Of a DNA stretch of 45,304 nt, positions 36,301 to 45,304 are shown one piece after another. A program made the translations under genes and the position numbers. Positions within the stretch are counted from its first letter, which is position 1. Each line of letters begins with the position of its first letter. The notes beneath the pieces are model-generated. The model was not told the DNA's origin. It did no database searches and saw only the letters and a program-made list of their open reading frames with translations. This stretch comes from a virus (Duplodnaviria; Caudoviricetes). The stretch spans positions 1-45,304 of the IMG/VR virus record IMGVR_UViG_3300033145_000829. One strand, written 5' to 3'.

Positions 36301-39300
36301 CATCGGTCTTAAGGTAAAAATCAGCCTGGCTCCCAGTGGTGTGCTTATACATCCTGCCAGCAGCTTCGATTTTATCAAAATGATGGAGGGGCGGAGAAAG
36401 TAGTTTTGATGCCGGGGAGAAGTCCGTCTTCTGCGGTTTATAGCGGTCTGCCGAATCAATAACGGCTGTTTTTATGAAATTCCAGAACGATTTATCCGGT
36501 TTCATTCGTTCATCATCCAGCGCTTTGCCTAATCTTGTTGAGTATTGGATATGCTCCTCAATATCTTTACTAAATCCATATTTTTCAAAATTAAATTCAG
36601 CACCATCTTTTCTCGGCAAATCTGTTGTGCCTGTTTTTTTATTAATTTCAGATACTTCAGCATCCGACAAAATACGATTCACCTTTATAGCCCCAGTAAT
36701 AATCCATGAGCCGGTCATGTTTGGGTTTGTTTTGTATCGATAATGGCCGTCAATAGGCACTTGGTCCGTAATGTGAGCAGTTCTTGGGATAATCTTTCCT
36801 GCTTTAGTTTTCCGTGCCCGGCTATTTGCTTTAGACTGCCAATCCACGTCATCTGCGACTTCAATCTCTGCCCACACTTGATCTTCTGGTCGGTATTGTG
36901 GCGGGGTCCCGCCCTCACCGATATGTGTTGCGACTGGCATATCCCCTGCATGCCATCCTGGGCGGAATGCCAACGGGCCAAGCTTGGATTTTACCTTTCC
37001 CTTATCAGTCATAGGACCAACTTCAGCATCAAGCCATGTGCCGATTTCCACGGGGTCATTGGCCCCGACAAACAACGGGAAAAGCTTACCCGGGTGCTTC
37101 TTTTTTACCTTGAACAGCTTGTACGCTTTAGCGGTCTTTTTGGGGGCTGGCTTGGTTCTTACGGAGTATTGGATGTTTTGTTCTGGCTTTATTTCTGTTC
37201 GCTCTCCATCTTTTGTTATAGCTTCAAGTGTTAAATCCTTTTCCCTGCCAGTCATCGGAACAATAAAGACTTCTCCTTGCTCGTCTGTTCCGGCTGCCAT
37301 ATCATATCCAAGAGCTTTAGCCATATGCCCTTGCTGTGCCTGCACCCACCAAGACAATTTTGCAACCTCTTCAAAATCAACGCCATAGCCTTCATCCTCT
37401 GCGTATCTTCTAAGCTCAGATACATCGATTGACTCATCCAGAAGGTCTTGAGCTTCTTCCTGGTCAACCTCTACCACATCCATAACCCTTTCGATTATCG
37501 CTTGGAGCTTGGGGGTTTCTTCTGGATCGTATTCGTAAAAAACCCTATTTACATCTAATATTTTTGAATTTGTGATGTCTAAAGCGTATGTGTGGTAATT
37601 CATTGGGTTGGTCATGGTGTATTCATTACGCGAAAAGAAAAGAACGTCCCCAAAATGGCCGTCCTTATTTATTTTTTTAATCTCAACAGGGCTTGTATGA
37701 TAAACCGTTTCCATCTCAACGTCATCTTTAGCTGAATACATAATATCCGGATTATCCGCCGAGAACGTTCCGCGATTGTAGATGGACTTGATTTGATTGG
37801 GGTTGAAGATGCAAATCTCCTCTCCATTAGTTTCCATAAACCCATCAAAACCTCTTTTGTTCATAATCTCTGCCAATGCGCCATCGATATTTTCTCCATT
37901 AAACATCTTGTCATCTATTTCATCCATTATTTCATCATGGATTTTCCCGCCTTCTTCTGTGTCTATTAACAAAGGGTTCTTTAAGCTTAAATAAACGGAG
38001 TATATTTGACCGCCTTCTGCTCTGCTCTTATATTCCTCTGCATCTCGCTTATTTGGTGTAAAATAAAACCCTCCCCCTATTTGTATTTTTTCTGCTTTAA
38101 ACTCGCCTATCCCGCCCGCTCCTCCGTGGTAAACCACCATAGGCTTGCCATCCTCATCCACAACTTTACTATCCCCAAACCACTTCCGGAACTTAGGGTT
38201 GTCCATGATATTCTTGGCTGCCTGTTTAACCGACAATGTTACAGGCTGGGCAAATTCGTTAACCCCTTCAGCCTGCTGATCCATAATCTTCCCAGACTCA
38301 ATATTCCGAATCACGCCCCGGCTCGTCCGTTTAAACAAATTCACAAAGTTGCCAATAGCATCAGCAATCTTCTTCATCACATTTCGAATAAAACCCTTCT
38401 GCGCCCGGTCGTAAAGCACCTGTTCAATAAACTTGGCCCGGTCCTCCTCGCCTCCGATATCGGTTTTTGATTCAGGAGTGAACTCGCCTTTACGGGTAAG
38501 CCTCCGAATCTCAGCTTTTAAAATGTCTGTGTCCATCCTGGTTAATATGCCAGACCTCTCCAGAAAATGGACAAATTCATGTCCTACTGTCCATTTGTCG
38601 CCCACTCCTTTAACAATGCTTATCTTCCTATTGTCGTGTTTATATGCGCCTGCTATAGCCTCACTGGTTCGCTTGGCTCGTTTATACCCAGCGCTAAAGG
38701 CGATTTCGTTTGGCGTAATCGAATCCACACCTTCGATGGTAAAACCGTGCTGGCCTCGTGTGCGGACGTAGACCTTGCCGTCTTTTTCCGTGAGCTTCCA
38801 TGATTTTGCTATGGGCATGGAGCGGATGGCTTTGGCGGTTATGGTAGAGGCGGGTGGTTTGGTTTGGGTTGAGTAAAGAACATCTTTTGAAAGCAGTTTG
38901 CTGAAATCAGCCTGCCCCGCACCGACGTGTGGCATATAATCCGTATCGCTGAATGAAATTCCTTTTTCAATAATATCGACAGGACTTAAGTTTAGATCTT
39001 TTAAGTTTGCTACAAGATGATCAATATATTTGCCGCGAGGCGTCCCCATTATAGAGGTATTGGAATTTAGTATATATGTAGAGGCATTGGTTTTTTCGGC
39101 AGCAGCTATGATATCTTTAGTGGCTTCTTTCATGGATTTACCAGCCGGCCACGGTAAAAACCCCACCTCCTTAAGTTTCGTATCAAGAAATAGGATACCG
39201 TCTTTGTTGCCATGCCGATTAATAGCCTCGTTAGCTTTAACATGGGAACTTATTGCCTCTGTACTAGCTTTCCCGGCGATGCCGCGCTCTTTTACTGGAA

Positions 39301-42300
39301 GTTTCACTTTGCGTAGAATGGGCGGAATCTTGGCGCCTCGATAACTTTCATCAAGTATGGTTGTGAATTTGGTGCTACCAATTACAAACGATTCTAACTT
39401 TATATCTCCGGATTTTAATATGTCTCCGATCTTGTCTGATGCCGCAATGTCCTCATTACTTGGCATTGGATCGCCTGCCGGGTGGTTGTGAGCGAAATAA
39501 ACTGTGGCTGCTCCGGGAATGTTTAAAGTGCGGCCGGCGATTTCTATCGGGTTGATGTCCGCCGAGTCCTTTGCACCCTTTGAATACTTATGAATTTCAA
39601 GGATAGTGCCGTTTTTATTGGTTGTAACCGTGTAGGCATATTCCTGAGCAGATTTGCGAATATGGGCTAAGAGAGAAGCAACATGGGCGGTGTCTTTTGC
39701 CACAAGGCCATCGTGGCCGATGTATCCGGTAGTAACCATTCGGGTTTTTCGGGTAGCCTGTAGGCCACCGGGAACCGGAGCAGGTTTGAACTTGGGCTTT
39801 CGTTTTTCGGCAAAGGGCGGGAACAGTTCTGGTTGAATCGCTTCTGTTGGGGCTGTAAATAAACCACGTTGCGCCTGTCTGGGCGGTTGTTTTGTGCCTT
39901 GTTTGCGTTTGGGCCGTTTTGGTTTTGCGGCATCTTTTCCTCCAAAAATGGTCTGCTGGGCTGGCGTTTTTTTGCCGAACAGGTCTAACGGTTCTGCTGT
40001 TTCGCGTCTGATTCCAGTATCAGGCTCCCGTCCTGTACCATAGCGTATAACTGCTTCAGAAACTTGTCTGCTTGGTTTTTTGAGCTCACTTTCAGCTGCG
40101 CGTCTTGCTGCTTGGAGGAAACTGGTTTTGATGTCGTTTTTTTTACCTGTTGATTTTGCATCTGCAAGTTCCTTTGCATATTGGTTTAATGCATCACTGA
40201 TCGGCCCCTTATGTCCTGCCAGACGGTTTATGATATCAGCAATTTCCCCTGCGTTTTCCGATATCATTTTATTTCTTTCTAAGTCTAATACATTTCCTTC
40301 TTGCTGTAAACGCTTTCCCTTAGAAGGATCACCAACCACATCGAATAACCGCTTGTCTGTGGACAGGGTTTTAATCGCATAGTCTCTAAGCTCGGCCCTC
40401 TCCATAAGCAGCGGCCTTATTTTAATCTCGTCACCAAAAAGCGATGTTTGAACCTCTGTTTTTGTTTCAACTCCTGCTACATCATTGATCAGCTGTTCAA
40501 TAAAGCTTGCGCTAATATTTTTACGCCGCTTTGATTTCTTCTCGAGTATTTCAACCAGAGCTTTTTGCGATTCATAATCAGGAAGTTTTTCGCCGATGGT
40601 AACACCCCATGCGCGTGGGATTCCGCCAGTTTCGACCTTTTTAAAGATAGAGCCATCTAATTGAGACAGCCCCAATCCTTGTTTCGCTATATTACCCTTG
40701 ATTGATACTCCGTAATCTTGTTGGAGCTTATCTGGCGTAATGCCTGACTTACGGAAAACAACCGCGGCATCTTCAGGGCTACCCTGTCCCTCTGCAATAT
40801 TGATTAATGCTCCTATCGTTTTAGCTTCTCCGGCAGAGTCTGCGTCCAGATAACGAACTGCTATTTCAGGGTATCCGGCCCTTGTTGCCAATTCAAACCG
40901 GTGATGCCCATTTACCACATAAGTTTTGCCATCGTCAGGGTCTTTCCATACAGCTATAATTCCACCAAGCTCAGGCTTATACTTTTTGACCTCACTTAGT
41001 TTAGAGCCAACTCCGCCTCTTCCCATGTACCGTTTATACTGGAAGCGTTCTGGATCTACACTTAACGCCTCTACCGGAAGCGTCGTAATTCTTGTTGGTT
41101 CGCCCGGTTCCGCTTCAACGTCGCCCAGCTCAAGATCGTCCAACTCAGGGCCGCTCAGAGCTTCAGCCTTTAAAGCCTTAATATCAGTGGGTTTAGAAGG
41201 AATTGCTTCAAGTTTTGCCAGCGCTTTCTTAATTTTAAGTATTTGGCCAGCAGGGGAGGCCGGGCTTTCTTCGATCAAATCCTTGGCTGACTGAATCTGC
41301 TCGTCAGAAAGCGTGTCGATGAAAGCGTGATATTCCTCGGTGGCCTTTTGCTTTTTGGTTTGTGGTATCTGCTTGGCTTTGATCTTAGCTGTCTGTATCG
41401 GTTCGTCTGCAAAGAAGAAATTCATTATATCTTTATGAATCTTTTCCGCTTTAAGCTTGCTTTCTCTAAGAAGAGCCTCCTTGCCTTTTCTCGTCAAGCC
41501 AGAATCAGAAGATTCCATTGTCGCAAAATAATCGGCGTCAGGGTTATCACGCGCAAAAAGAAGCTTACTTATATCCGTGCTAAGTTTTTTTATTGTACCG
41601 GCAGGATCGCTTAACGCCTTCCCAGTGTATTTGCTCATCATATAAACGCCAGCTGGATTTTTCGAAAGTGAATAGTTTTCTTTCAAAATAGAATCAACCG
41701 AAGCGTATAACGAACTTTTAGGCACACCGCTTCCAAGTTCATCAGTTATTATTTTACGAGCGCCCTCATATCCTTTGGCGGCTGCGGCCGTATCGAATTT
41801 AATTCTTTCCCTGTAAAGCTTTTTTATTTCTGGATTCTTATCGTGTCTGTTAAATTCAATTCCATCTGCTTCAAGCTCATCGTGTTTATCATCTATTTTA
41901 ATTTGTAGTTCGTCTGACTTTTTTGACAACTCAGAAAACGATAAGCCTTTAAATTCTTCGTAGTCACTTTCAACGTCTTTACCGCTTACAATTTCATCAG
42001 GGGCCAACGGCTTTGGTTTGTCTGTAGGCGTTTCCGGTGGCATTTCGATTCCGGCTGTTCGGTCTATTTCATCTAATAACGGATCTGCATCGGTAGAAAT
42101 TTCATAATCCATTTGCGCCGGTACCATTGGAGTAGTCGGCTCTATTCCAAGTACTTTGCTGGCCTGATTATATTTTGCAATTCCGGCTACTGGCTTTTCA
42201 AGGCCTATATTCGCTTCCTGCCGTTCCATGCTACTTCTGATATCACGTTTCTTGCCAAGCGCCTCAATTCGTCTCAGTACGGATTCATGCTCCTCTAAGA

Positions 42301-43438
42301 CTGTAGTGGCATCCTGTCCGTTTTTTTTAAGGTATGCAGCCCTTCGCTCTAATTGCCCGAGTCGGTACTGAAGGTTTTTGGCTTGTTTTTCTTCTTGTTC
42401 GGGTTTTGGTGCTGGCGGTTCCTCCTTCTTCCTCATCTGTCTGACGGTAGAGACTGCACCGGGAATATTCGCCCCGCCCCCCATCGCAGCCCCGATCAAT
42501 AATCCTTGTGCCCCGGCTTCCGGAACGCCTTCCAGTAGGGGTTTATCAAGCGCCGCATTTTGCCAGATTTGCTCCTGCATAGACTGAGGAAGTTCTTTAA
42601 ACGCACCTTCAGAGATCCCGCCGCCAATAATCTTTTTTACGACATCCTTTCCAGTCTTACCAGTCGTTAGCTTTCCACTGGCAAGCATGGTATTAATATC
42701 ATCAAAACCAAACTTTCCGGCAAGACTGCCTCCTACAAAATCAAATATTCCCGTTCCGATACCAGAGCCAACCGCCGCGCCTGTTTCTTTTAGGGAAAGC
42801 GTACCGTTCGGTGATTCCTGTCGGTATTGTTCTGCTGCCGAGCCAGCTCCAATAAGCCCTTCTCCACCAGCAGCCGCAATGAGTGGGGACAGCTTTGGCA
42901 ATAACCCGATAGCGCTCCTTGCTGCTGCTGCGCCGCCTCCCATTGAAGGGAGAGCTTCAATCACGCTATGGGCAATCGTACTCGGGTGTTGAAGCATGGC
43001 CTTTGCTTTGCCGGTAAACCCTTCGGCTTCAGCCACCTTCCGAAAGGCTTCCTGTTGTGGGTCTGAATAAAGGCTTCCAAGGAATCTTTGCGTTGCCTCC
43101 AGATCGTACCCGGTATATTTTTCAAGCCCCTTACCGACAGCGCCTCCGGTTGGGAGATCAAGCAGCCCTACGGCAGCACCTCCAAGCCCGACTATACCCT
43201 TCCCAGCTGAAACGAGAACGTCTCCTGCGGTTCCGGCAAGAGTACGGCCGGTGCCCTTCTTGGGTTGACTTACTTGAAGATCCTCATCATACCCAGCCTG
43301 AGAAAGAAAGTCCTCATACCCAACACCTTTTTCAGCAAGTGCAGGGTTGTTCCGGTAAATCTCCTGCGCCAGTGTATCGGTATCAAGGTGTGACAACTCT
43401 GGATGTGCTGCTCTAAATTGTGAGAGTGAAAACGCCAT
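33341..43438 (-). CDS. Giant polyvalent internal virion / ejection protein (3365 aa)
   Basis: ParB-like (VVNGHHRF), JAB/RadC-like (HNHPAGDPMPSNED), zincin (HEFVH) and ART-like (KWFGDSKVVD..VVYHG) motifs, plus a helical C-terminus. Confidence 0.85.
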   Translation of the reverse strand: MAFSLSQFRAAHPELSHLDTDTLAQEIYRNNPALAEKGVGYEDFLSQAGYDEDLQVSQPKKGTGRTLAGTAGDVLVSAGKGIVGLGGAAVGLLDLPTGGAVGKGLEKYTGYDLEATQRFLGSLYSDPQQEAFRKVAEAEGFTGKAKAMLQHPSTIAHSVIEALPSMGGGAAAARSAIGLLPKLSPLIAAAGGEGLIGAGSAAEQYRQESPNGTLSLKETGAAVGSGIGTGIFDFVGGSLAGKFGFDDINTMLASGKLTTGKTGKDVVKKIIGGGISEGAFKELPQSMQEQIWQNAALDKPLLEGVPEAGAQGLLIGAAMGGGANIPGAVSTVRQMRKKEEPPAPKPEQEEKQAKNLQYRLGQLERRAAYLKKNGQDATTVLEEHESVLRRIEALGKKRDIRSSMERQEANIGLEKPVAGIAKYNQASKVLGIEPTTPMVPAQMDYEISTDADPLLDEIDRTAGIEMPPETPTDKPKPLAPDEIVSGKDVESDYEEFKGLSFSELSKKSDELQIKIDDKHDELEADGIEFNRHDKNPEIKKLYRERIKFDTAAAAKGYEGARKIITDELGSGVPKSSLYASVDSILKENYSLSKNPAGVYMMSKYTGKALSDPAGTIKKLSTDISKLLFARDNPDADYFATMESSDSGLTRKGKEALLRESKLKAEKIHKDIMNFFFADEPIQTAKIKAKQIPQTKKQKATEEYHAFIDTLSDEQIQSAKDLIEESPASPAGQILKIKKALAKLEAIPSKPTDIKALKAEALSGPELDDLELGDVEAEPGEPTRITTLPVEALSVDPERFQYKRYMGRGGVGSKLSEVKKYKPELGGIIAVWKDPDDGKTYVVNGHHRFELATRAGYPEIAVRYLDADSAGEAKTIGALINIAEGQGSPEDAAVVFRKSGITPDKLQQDYGVSIKGNIAKQGLGLSQLDGSIFKKVETGGIPRAWGVTIGEKLPDYESQKALVEILEKKSKRRKNISASFIEQLINDVAGVETKTEVQTSLFGDEIKIRPLLMERAELRDYAIKTLSTDKRLFDVVGDPSKGKRLQQEGNVLDLERNKMISENAGEIADIINRLAGHKGPISDALNQYAKELADAKSTGKKNDIKTSFLQAARRAAESELKKPSRQVSEAVIRYGTGREPDTGIRRETAEPLDLFGKKTPAQQTIFGGKDAAKPKRPKRKQGTKQPPRQAQRGLFTAPTEAIQPELFPPFAEKRKPKFKPAPVPGGLQATRKTRMVTTGYIGHDGLVAKDTAHVASLLAHIRKSAQEYAYTVTTNKNGTILEIHKYSKGAKDSADINPIEIAGRTLNIPGAATVYFAHNHPAGDPMPSNEDIAASDKIGDILKSGDIKLESFVIGSTKFTTILDESYRGAKIPPILRKVKLPVKERGIAGKASTEAISSHVKANEAINRHGNKDGILFLDTKLKEVGFLPWPAGKSMKEATKDIIAAAEKTNASTYILNSNTSIMGTPRGKYIDHLVANLKDLNLSPVDIIEKGISFSDTDYMPHVGAGQADFSKLLSKDVLYSTQTKPPASTITAKAIRSMPIAKSWKLTEKDGKVYVRTRGQHGFTIEGVDSITPNEIAFSAGYKRAKRTSEAIAGAYKHDNRKISIVKGVGDKWTVGHEFVHFLERSGILTRMDTDILKAEIRRLTRKGEFTPESKTDIGGEEDRAKFIEQVLYDRAQKGFIRNVMKKIADAIGNFVNLFKRTSRGVIRNIESGKIMDQQAEGVNEFAQPVTLSVKQAAKNIMDNPKFRKWFGDSKVVDEDGKPMVVYHGGAGGIGEFKAEKIQIGGGFYFTPNKRDAEEYKSRAEGGQIYSVYLSLKNPLLIDTEEGGKIHDEIMDEIDDKMFNGENIDGALAEIMNKRGFDGFMETNGEEICIFNPNQIKSIYNRGTFSADNPDIMYSAKDDVEMETVYHTSPVEIKKINKDGHFGDVLFFSRNEYTMTNPMNYHTYALDITNSKILDVNRVFYEYDPEETPKLQAIIERVMDVVEVDQEEAQDLLDESIDVSELRRYAEDEGYGVDFEEVAKLSWWVQAQQGHMAKALGYDMAAGTDEQGEVFIVPMTGREKDLTLEAITKDGERTEIKPEQNIQYSVRTKPAPKKTAKAYKLFKVKKKHPGKLFPLFVGANDPVEIGTWLDAEVGPMTDKGKVKSKLGPLAFRPGWHAGDMPVATHIGEGGTPPQYRPEDQVWAEIEVADDVDWQSKANSRARKTKAGKIIPRTAHITDQVPIDGHYRYKTNPNMTGSWIITGAIKVNRILSDAEVSEINKKTGTTDLPRKDGAEFNFEKYGFSKDIEEHIQYSTRLGKALDDERMKPDKSFWNFIKTAVIDSADRYKPQKTDFSPASKLLSPPLHHFDKIEAAGRMYKHTTGSQADFYLKTDEMFSDGEGGSYFGDMEVLAKSNPKEFKKLNKRWVDDDMEGRGYRIGYSKGKWRVFDQKKKQVAEHETEAEAHLFRRQKELEDLQAEGFSEDAMKVHAGKNEILDRGFEALMRPMREMIVKAKGTLREKHLGVKLAANGKWQVYNTVDGKFQGGGFDSEAEAWDSVLDIPAVIEEDKTTGQRRVGFNVALAQMGDLRGHYFPRVRKSGAYVLTATKKGANTERHHFDVPAGVKIGKRSLNLPSTMQIKTRRLEAKGYKVTWAKSEAMPESVFDLVGQRLGFFEMISKAIEGVGMDAITSFKDMGLQGKWTDKGEDRNFVLTGESAYRERYIDIFREFGGKVRYVERHIPAGKIGYSEWTFKNADGDIEKKIAQRIFEVESINPDFVAEFQTEIARNISNIFKARGARSHMIQRSEATGKDVVIGYETDALQAIGKYIRGIAAGESKRDLAISLVKDFTGTWETWTEYKERIGEGAEWNDYKDLCNERRIDPTRQKNAHNECLTYMKDVLRNQEQTDRIVGTMAGAAVLKYLAFRVAAPLVNLTALPTALVGTMHGIAKVPITKAFSNITRAIKLYSTYRWGDKEKLPADIKRLFEDIDKKGWLVAQYDREALIVLQSKAGRGYNKLIDKGMLMFSVTEQINRAASIAGTYLSVRGRMGHDEALELSKEVSDKANGEYGKANRMHWVRGGGLAANAALCFMVFKTFSVNYINTMVSLGFNEKDVKGAMWMLLSPAVLAGAGASVATPLLALVAKAIGMGDDPEEEFYAKLEEHMGSYGEQIGRYGLLGAADINIKSSLAIGIGDFAIDKPADIFGAPGSVISDIGRGVSNLFRGNIAKGFEQVLPSAAGSIIKSVRESTEGVTSRTGTPIFYGDEQLKATGLDAMLRFFSFNPARMAGIREKQWSERKLKIHYQKMRGDITARLKKWYLGRRSKVARIDIESDIKAYNQRIKENGLTAKGIPLYTKKQIRSAQRRVLTAPKRERERFK

Positions 43439-43446
43439 CTTCTCTC

Positions 43447-44403
43447 CTATAACCTAAAGCCGAACTGACGTTCAGCGATTTTATGCGCCTCTGTGTAGCC
43501 TCTGCCGTTTGCCCGGAGTTTTGTCACCATCTGCCGGTATTCAGCTTTTTGTTCCGGAGTTGGCCCTCCGTCGGTCATTCCCTCACTTCTAACCTTGGCC
43601 TCCGCCTCTGACCTTGTGTATTTCTTCCCGGTTTTTGGATTGGTGGCATGCTCCATATAAGAGCGAACTCTTGCGTCGAAATCATATCTCTGCCGGGCTT
43701 TTTCTGTCATCTTTGCCCGCATGCTGGTTTTCTTTTTGGGCTGCTGCACTGGCTCAGCTGGTGCCAGTGTCTGTTGTCTTGTCTCGCTCGGCGTAAACCC
43801 GCCAGTGTCTATCTTGAATTGATCAGCCGGATCAGCCGTGTCTTTCGCGTCTTTCGCGTCTTTCGGCGGGAATAATCCAATTGGCATAAGCGCCTGAGTC
43901 GTTTTTTCATTCCACGGTACCCAATCAGATCCACCAGTGGTTACATCTATTTTCTGAAAATACGGTACAAGCCCCCTTGATGCTGCGATTTTTCGTAAAT
44001 TTTCGTATTGTGGCGGTGTCAATTCCCCTGCCATTTGGCCCGTCATTTCATCATATTGGATTGGAAGTCCGCTTTGCCTTGCTTCTGCGACAATGGCGGA
44101 ACGGGTGGTTTCAAGCTCTTGATTAGTCCGTTTCTTTGTACCTGCGGCCTTACCTATGGCCTTTTTACCACTCGCCTTAAATTCAAGCTCTTTAATCTTG
44201 GCTCTTGTCAAATCATTTTCAAGCTCCTGCCTTATTTTTTCCGCCGGGGTTAAAATACTTCCAAGTATCCTATCAATGCGTTTAATAGAGGTATCAAATG
44301 AAGGGGTCTCCTTACCCATGCTTTTTAGCTTTGCTCTTTGCATTTCAAGGACTTGCCGTTGCTGAATATATCGCGCCTTGGCCCACTCCGGATCTGATTG
44401 CAT
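43447..44403 (-). CDS. Internal virion/ejection protein, C-terminal part
   Basis: The reading frame stays open upstream to about 44538 with no clear RBS; probably continuous with the upstream ORF. Confidence 0.6.
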   Translation of the reverse strand: MQSDPEWAKARYIQQRQVLEMQRAKLKSMGKETPSFDTSIKRIDRILGSILTPAEKIRQELENDLTRAKIKELEFKASGKKAIGKAAGTKKRTNQELETTRSAIVAEARQSGLPIQYDEMTGQMAGELTPPQYENLRKIAASRGLVPYFQKIDVTTGGSDWVPWNEKTTQALMPIGLFPPKDAKDAKDTADPADQFKIDTGGFTPSETRQQTLAPAEPVQQPKKKTSMRAKMTEKARQRYDFDARVRSYMEHATNPKTGKKYTRSEAEAKVRSEGMTDGGPTPEQKAEYRQMVTKLRANGRGYTEAHKIAERQFGFRL

Positions 44404-44501
44404 TTTTCTTGCTTTTGCAAGATTTCCTTCTAATTTAATACGCCTATCAGGGTTTATCGTCGGGGATGAAATTTCTCTTTCCAGCCTATCAATATGCCCT
44501 T

Positions 44502-45304
44502 CTAAAAATCTAACTGGATCTGTATTGGCGTAAAGCGCTCAGCTTGAACTTGGCCTTTATCCCGAAAGTATTCTTTTCTGGTGACTGCCGTTCCGTCTTT
44601 CTTTACATACTGTCTGGTTTTCGGGTCATATTTTCCGCCCCAAATTTTTGCAATTTTGTTAGGAATATCATAAAGGCTGATGTGAAAAGCCTGATTTAGA
44701 TCAAGCTTTCGGCCCGTCCAGTCAGATGTTTCAAAAGGCTTGTTCATCCAGGCTTCATGTTCTATTTTATTCTGCGCGTCAATATTTGCGGCCTCTCTGC
44801 CCAATGCCCCAGCGTCCCAACTCCGCTGATTTTGCCGTATATTGTAATCCTGCCCAGCGCGTTCCAGTGCCAAGGCTGCCCCTTCCCGCTTTGCCTGCCC
44901 CAATCCGGCAAGCCCGGTTCGTGCTGTTTGGGATAAATCGCCTAATATACCAGAAGATCCAGTAGCTTCATTGCCTGTGGAGCCTCGTCCGCCGCCTATT
45001 CCACTGCCACCATCACGATCACCTCCGCCGCCTTCTCCGCCACCCCACGCACCTGAACCAGGGCTTAATCCTCCAGAACCTAACGCACCAGGGCTGCCAG
45101 GAGAAGAGTCGCCTAAGCTTGGGTCATCAATCCCAGGGCCATAGGTGTTAGCAGGGTAATCGCCAATATCAATATCGGCAAGGTCATCGTTTACGTCAGA
45201 ATCGCCAGGGTTGGTGGCAACGCCTCCGCCTAAACTTGGGTCATCAATCCCAGGGCCATATTTGCTAACAGCCCCTTTCCGTTCTCCGGTCTGAAGGTCG
45301 GTCT
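44502..45304 (-). CDS. Gly-rich internal virion protein, 5'-truncated by the window edge
   Basis: The frame of ORF 44502-44903 has no stop up to the window end and contains the repeated peptide YGPGIDDPSLG. Confidence 0.65.
   Translation of the reverse strand, partial: TDLQTGERKGAVSKYGPGIDDPSLGGGVATNPGDSDVNDDLADIDIGDYPANTYGPGIDDPSLGDSSPGSPGALGSGGLSPGSGAWGGGEGGGGDRDGGSGIGGGRGSTGNEATGSSGILGDLSQTARTGLAGLGQAKREGAALALERAGQDYNIRQNQRSWDAGALGREAANIDAQNKIEHEAWMNKPFETSDWTGRKLDLNQAFHISLYDIPNKIAKIWGGKYDPKTRQYVKKDGTAVTRKEYFRDKGQVQAERFTPIQIQLDF

Noticed and set aside
33404-43416. Many plus-strand ORFs of 60-170 aa opposite the giant gene
   Set aside because: They are antisense shadows of a long coding frame with no RBS or recognisable motifs.
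45111-45261. 33-bp direct repeat near the window end as a terminal repeat or att site
   Set aside because: Both copies are in frame within a Gly-rich ORF and encode the peptide repeat YGPGIDDPSLG.

Overview
The window is most of a circularly permuted, podovirus-like dsDNA phage genome. The minus strand carries the packaging and head genes (TerS, intein-containing TerL, portal, scaffold, major capsid; about 48-10749). It also carries ejection proteins including a 3365-aa polyvalent protein, a tail fibre, a C-type-lectin receptor-binding protein and lysis genes (28326-45304). A divergent replication/recombination module lies at about 13.7-28.2 kb, and a plus-strand early operon at 11.4-13.7 kb. 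I found no integrase, CI-type repressor or reverse transcriptase. The most unusual element is a 2.2-kb block (16014-18191) bounded by a 24-bp direct repeat that holds an integron-like cassette array without an integrase: four attC-like sites, a degenerate fifth, four small genes including a Rha-like gene, and one apparently non-coding, highly structured 225-nt cassette. An 84-bp copy of one cassette start, beginning exactly at the GTT crossover triplet, sits 10 kb away in inverted orientation. Also notable are a DGR-type target gene with no RT or template repeat, a frameshifted AcrIII-1/DUF1874-like gene in an acr-aca-like operon, a class 3 intein, and a decayed initiator gene with 19-bp tandem repeats. 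Family assignments come from motif recognition by eye, not database searches.
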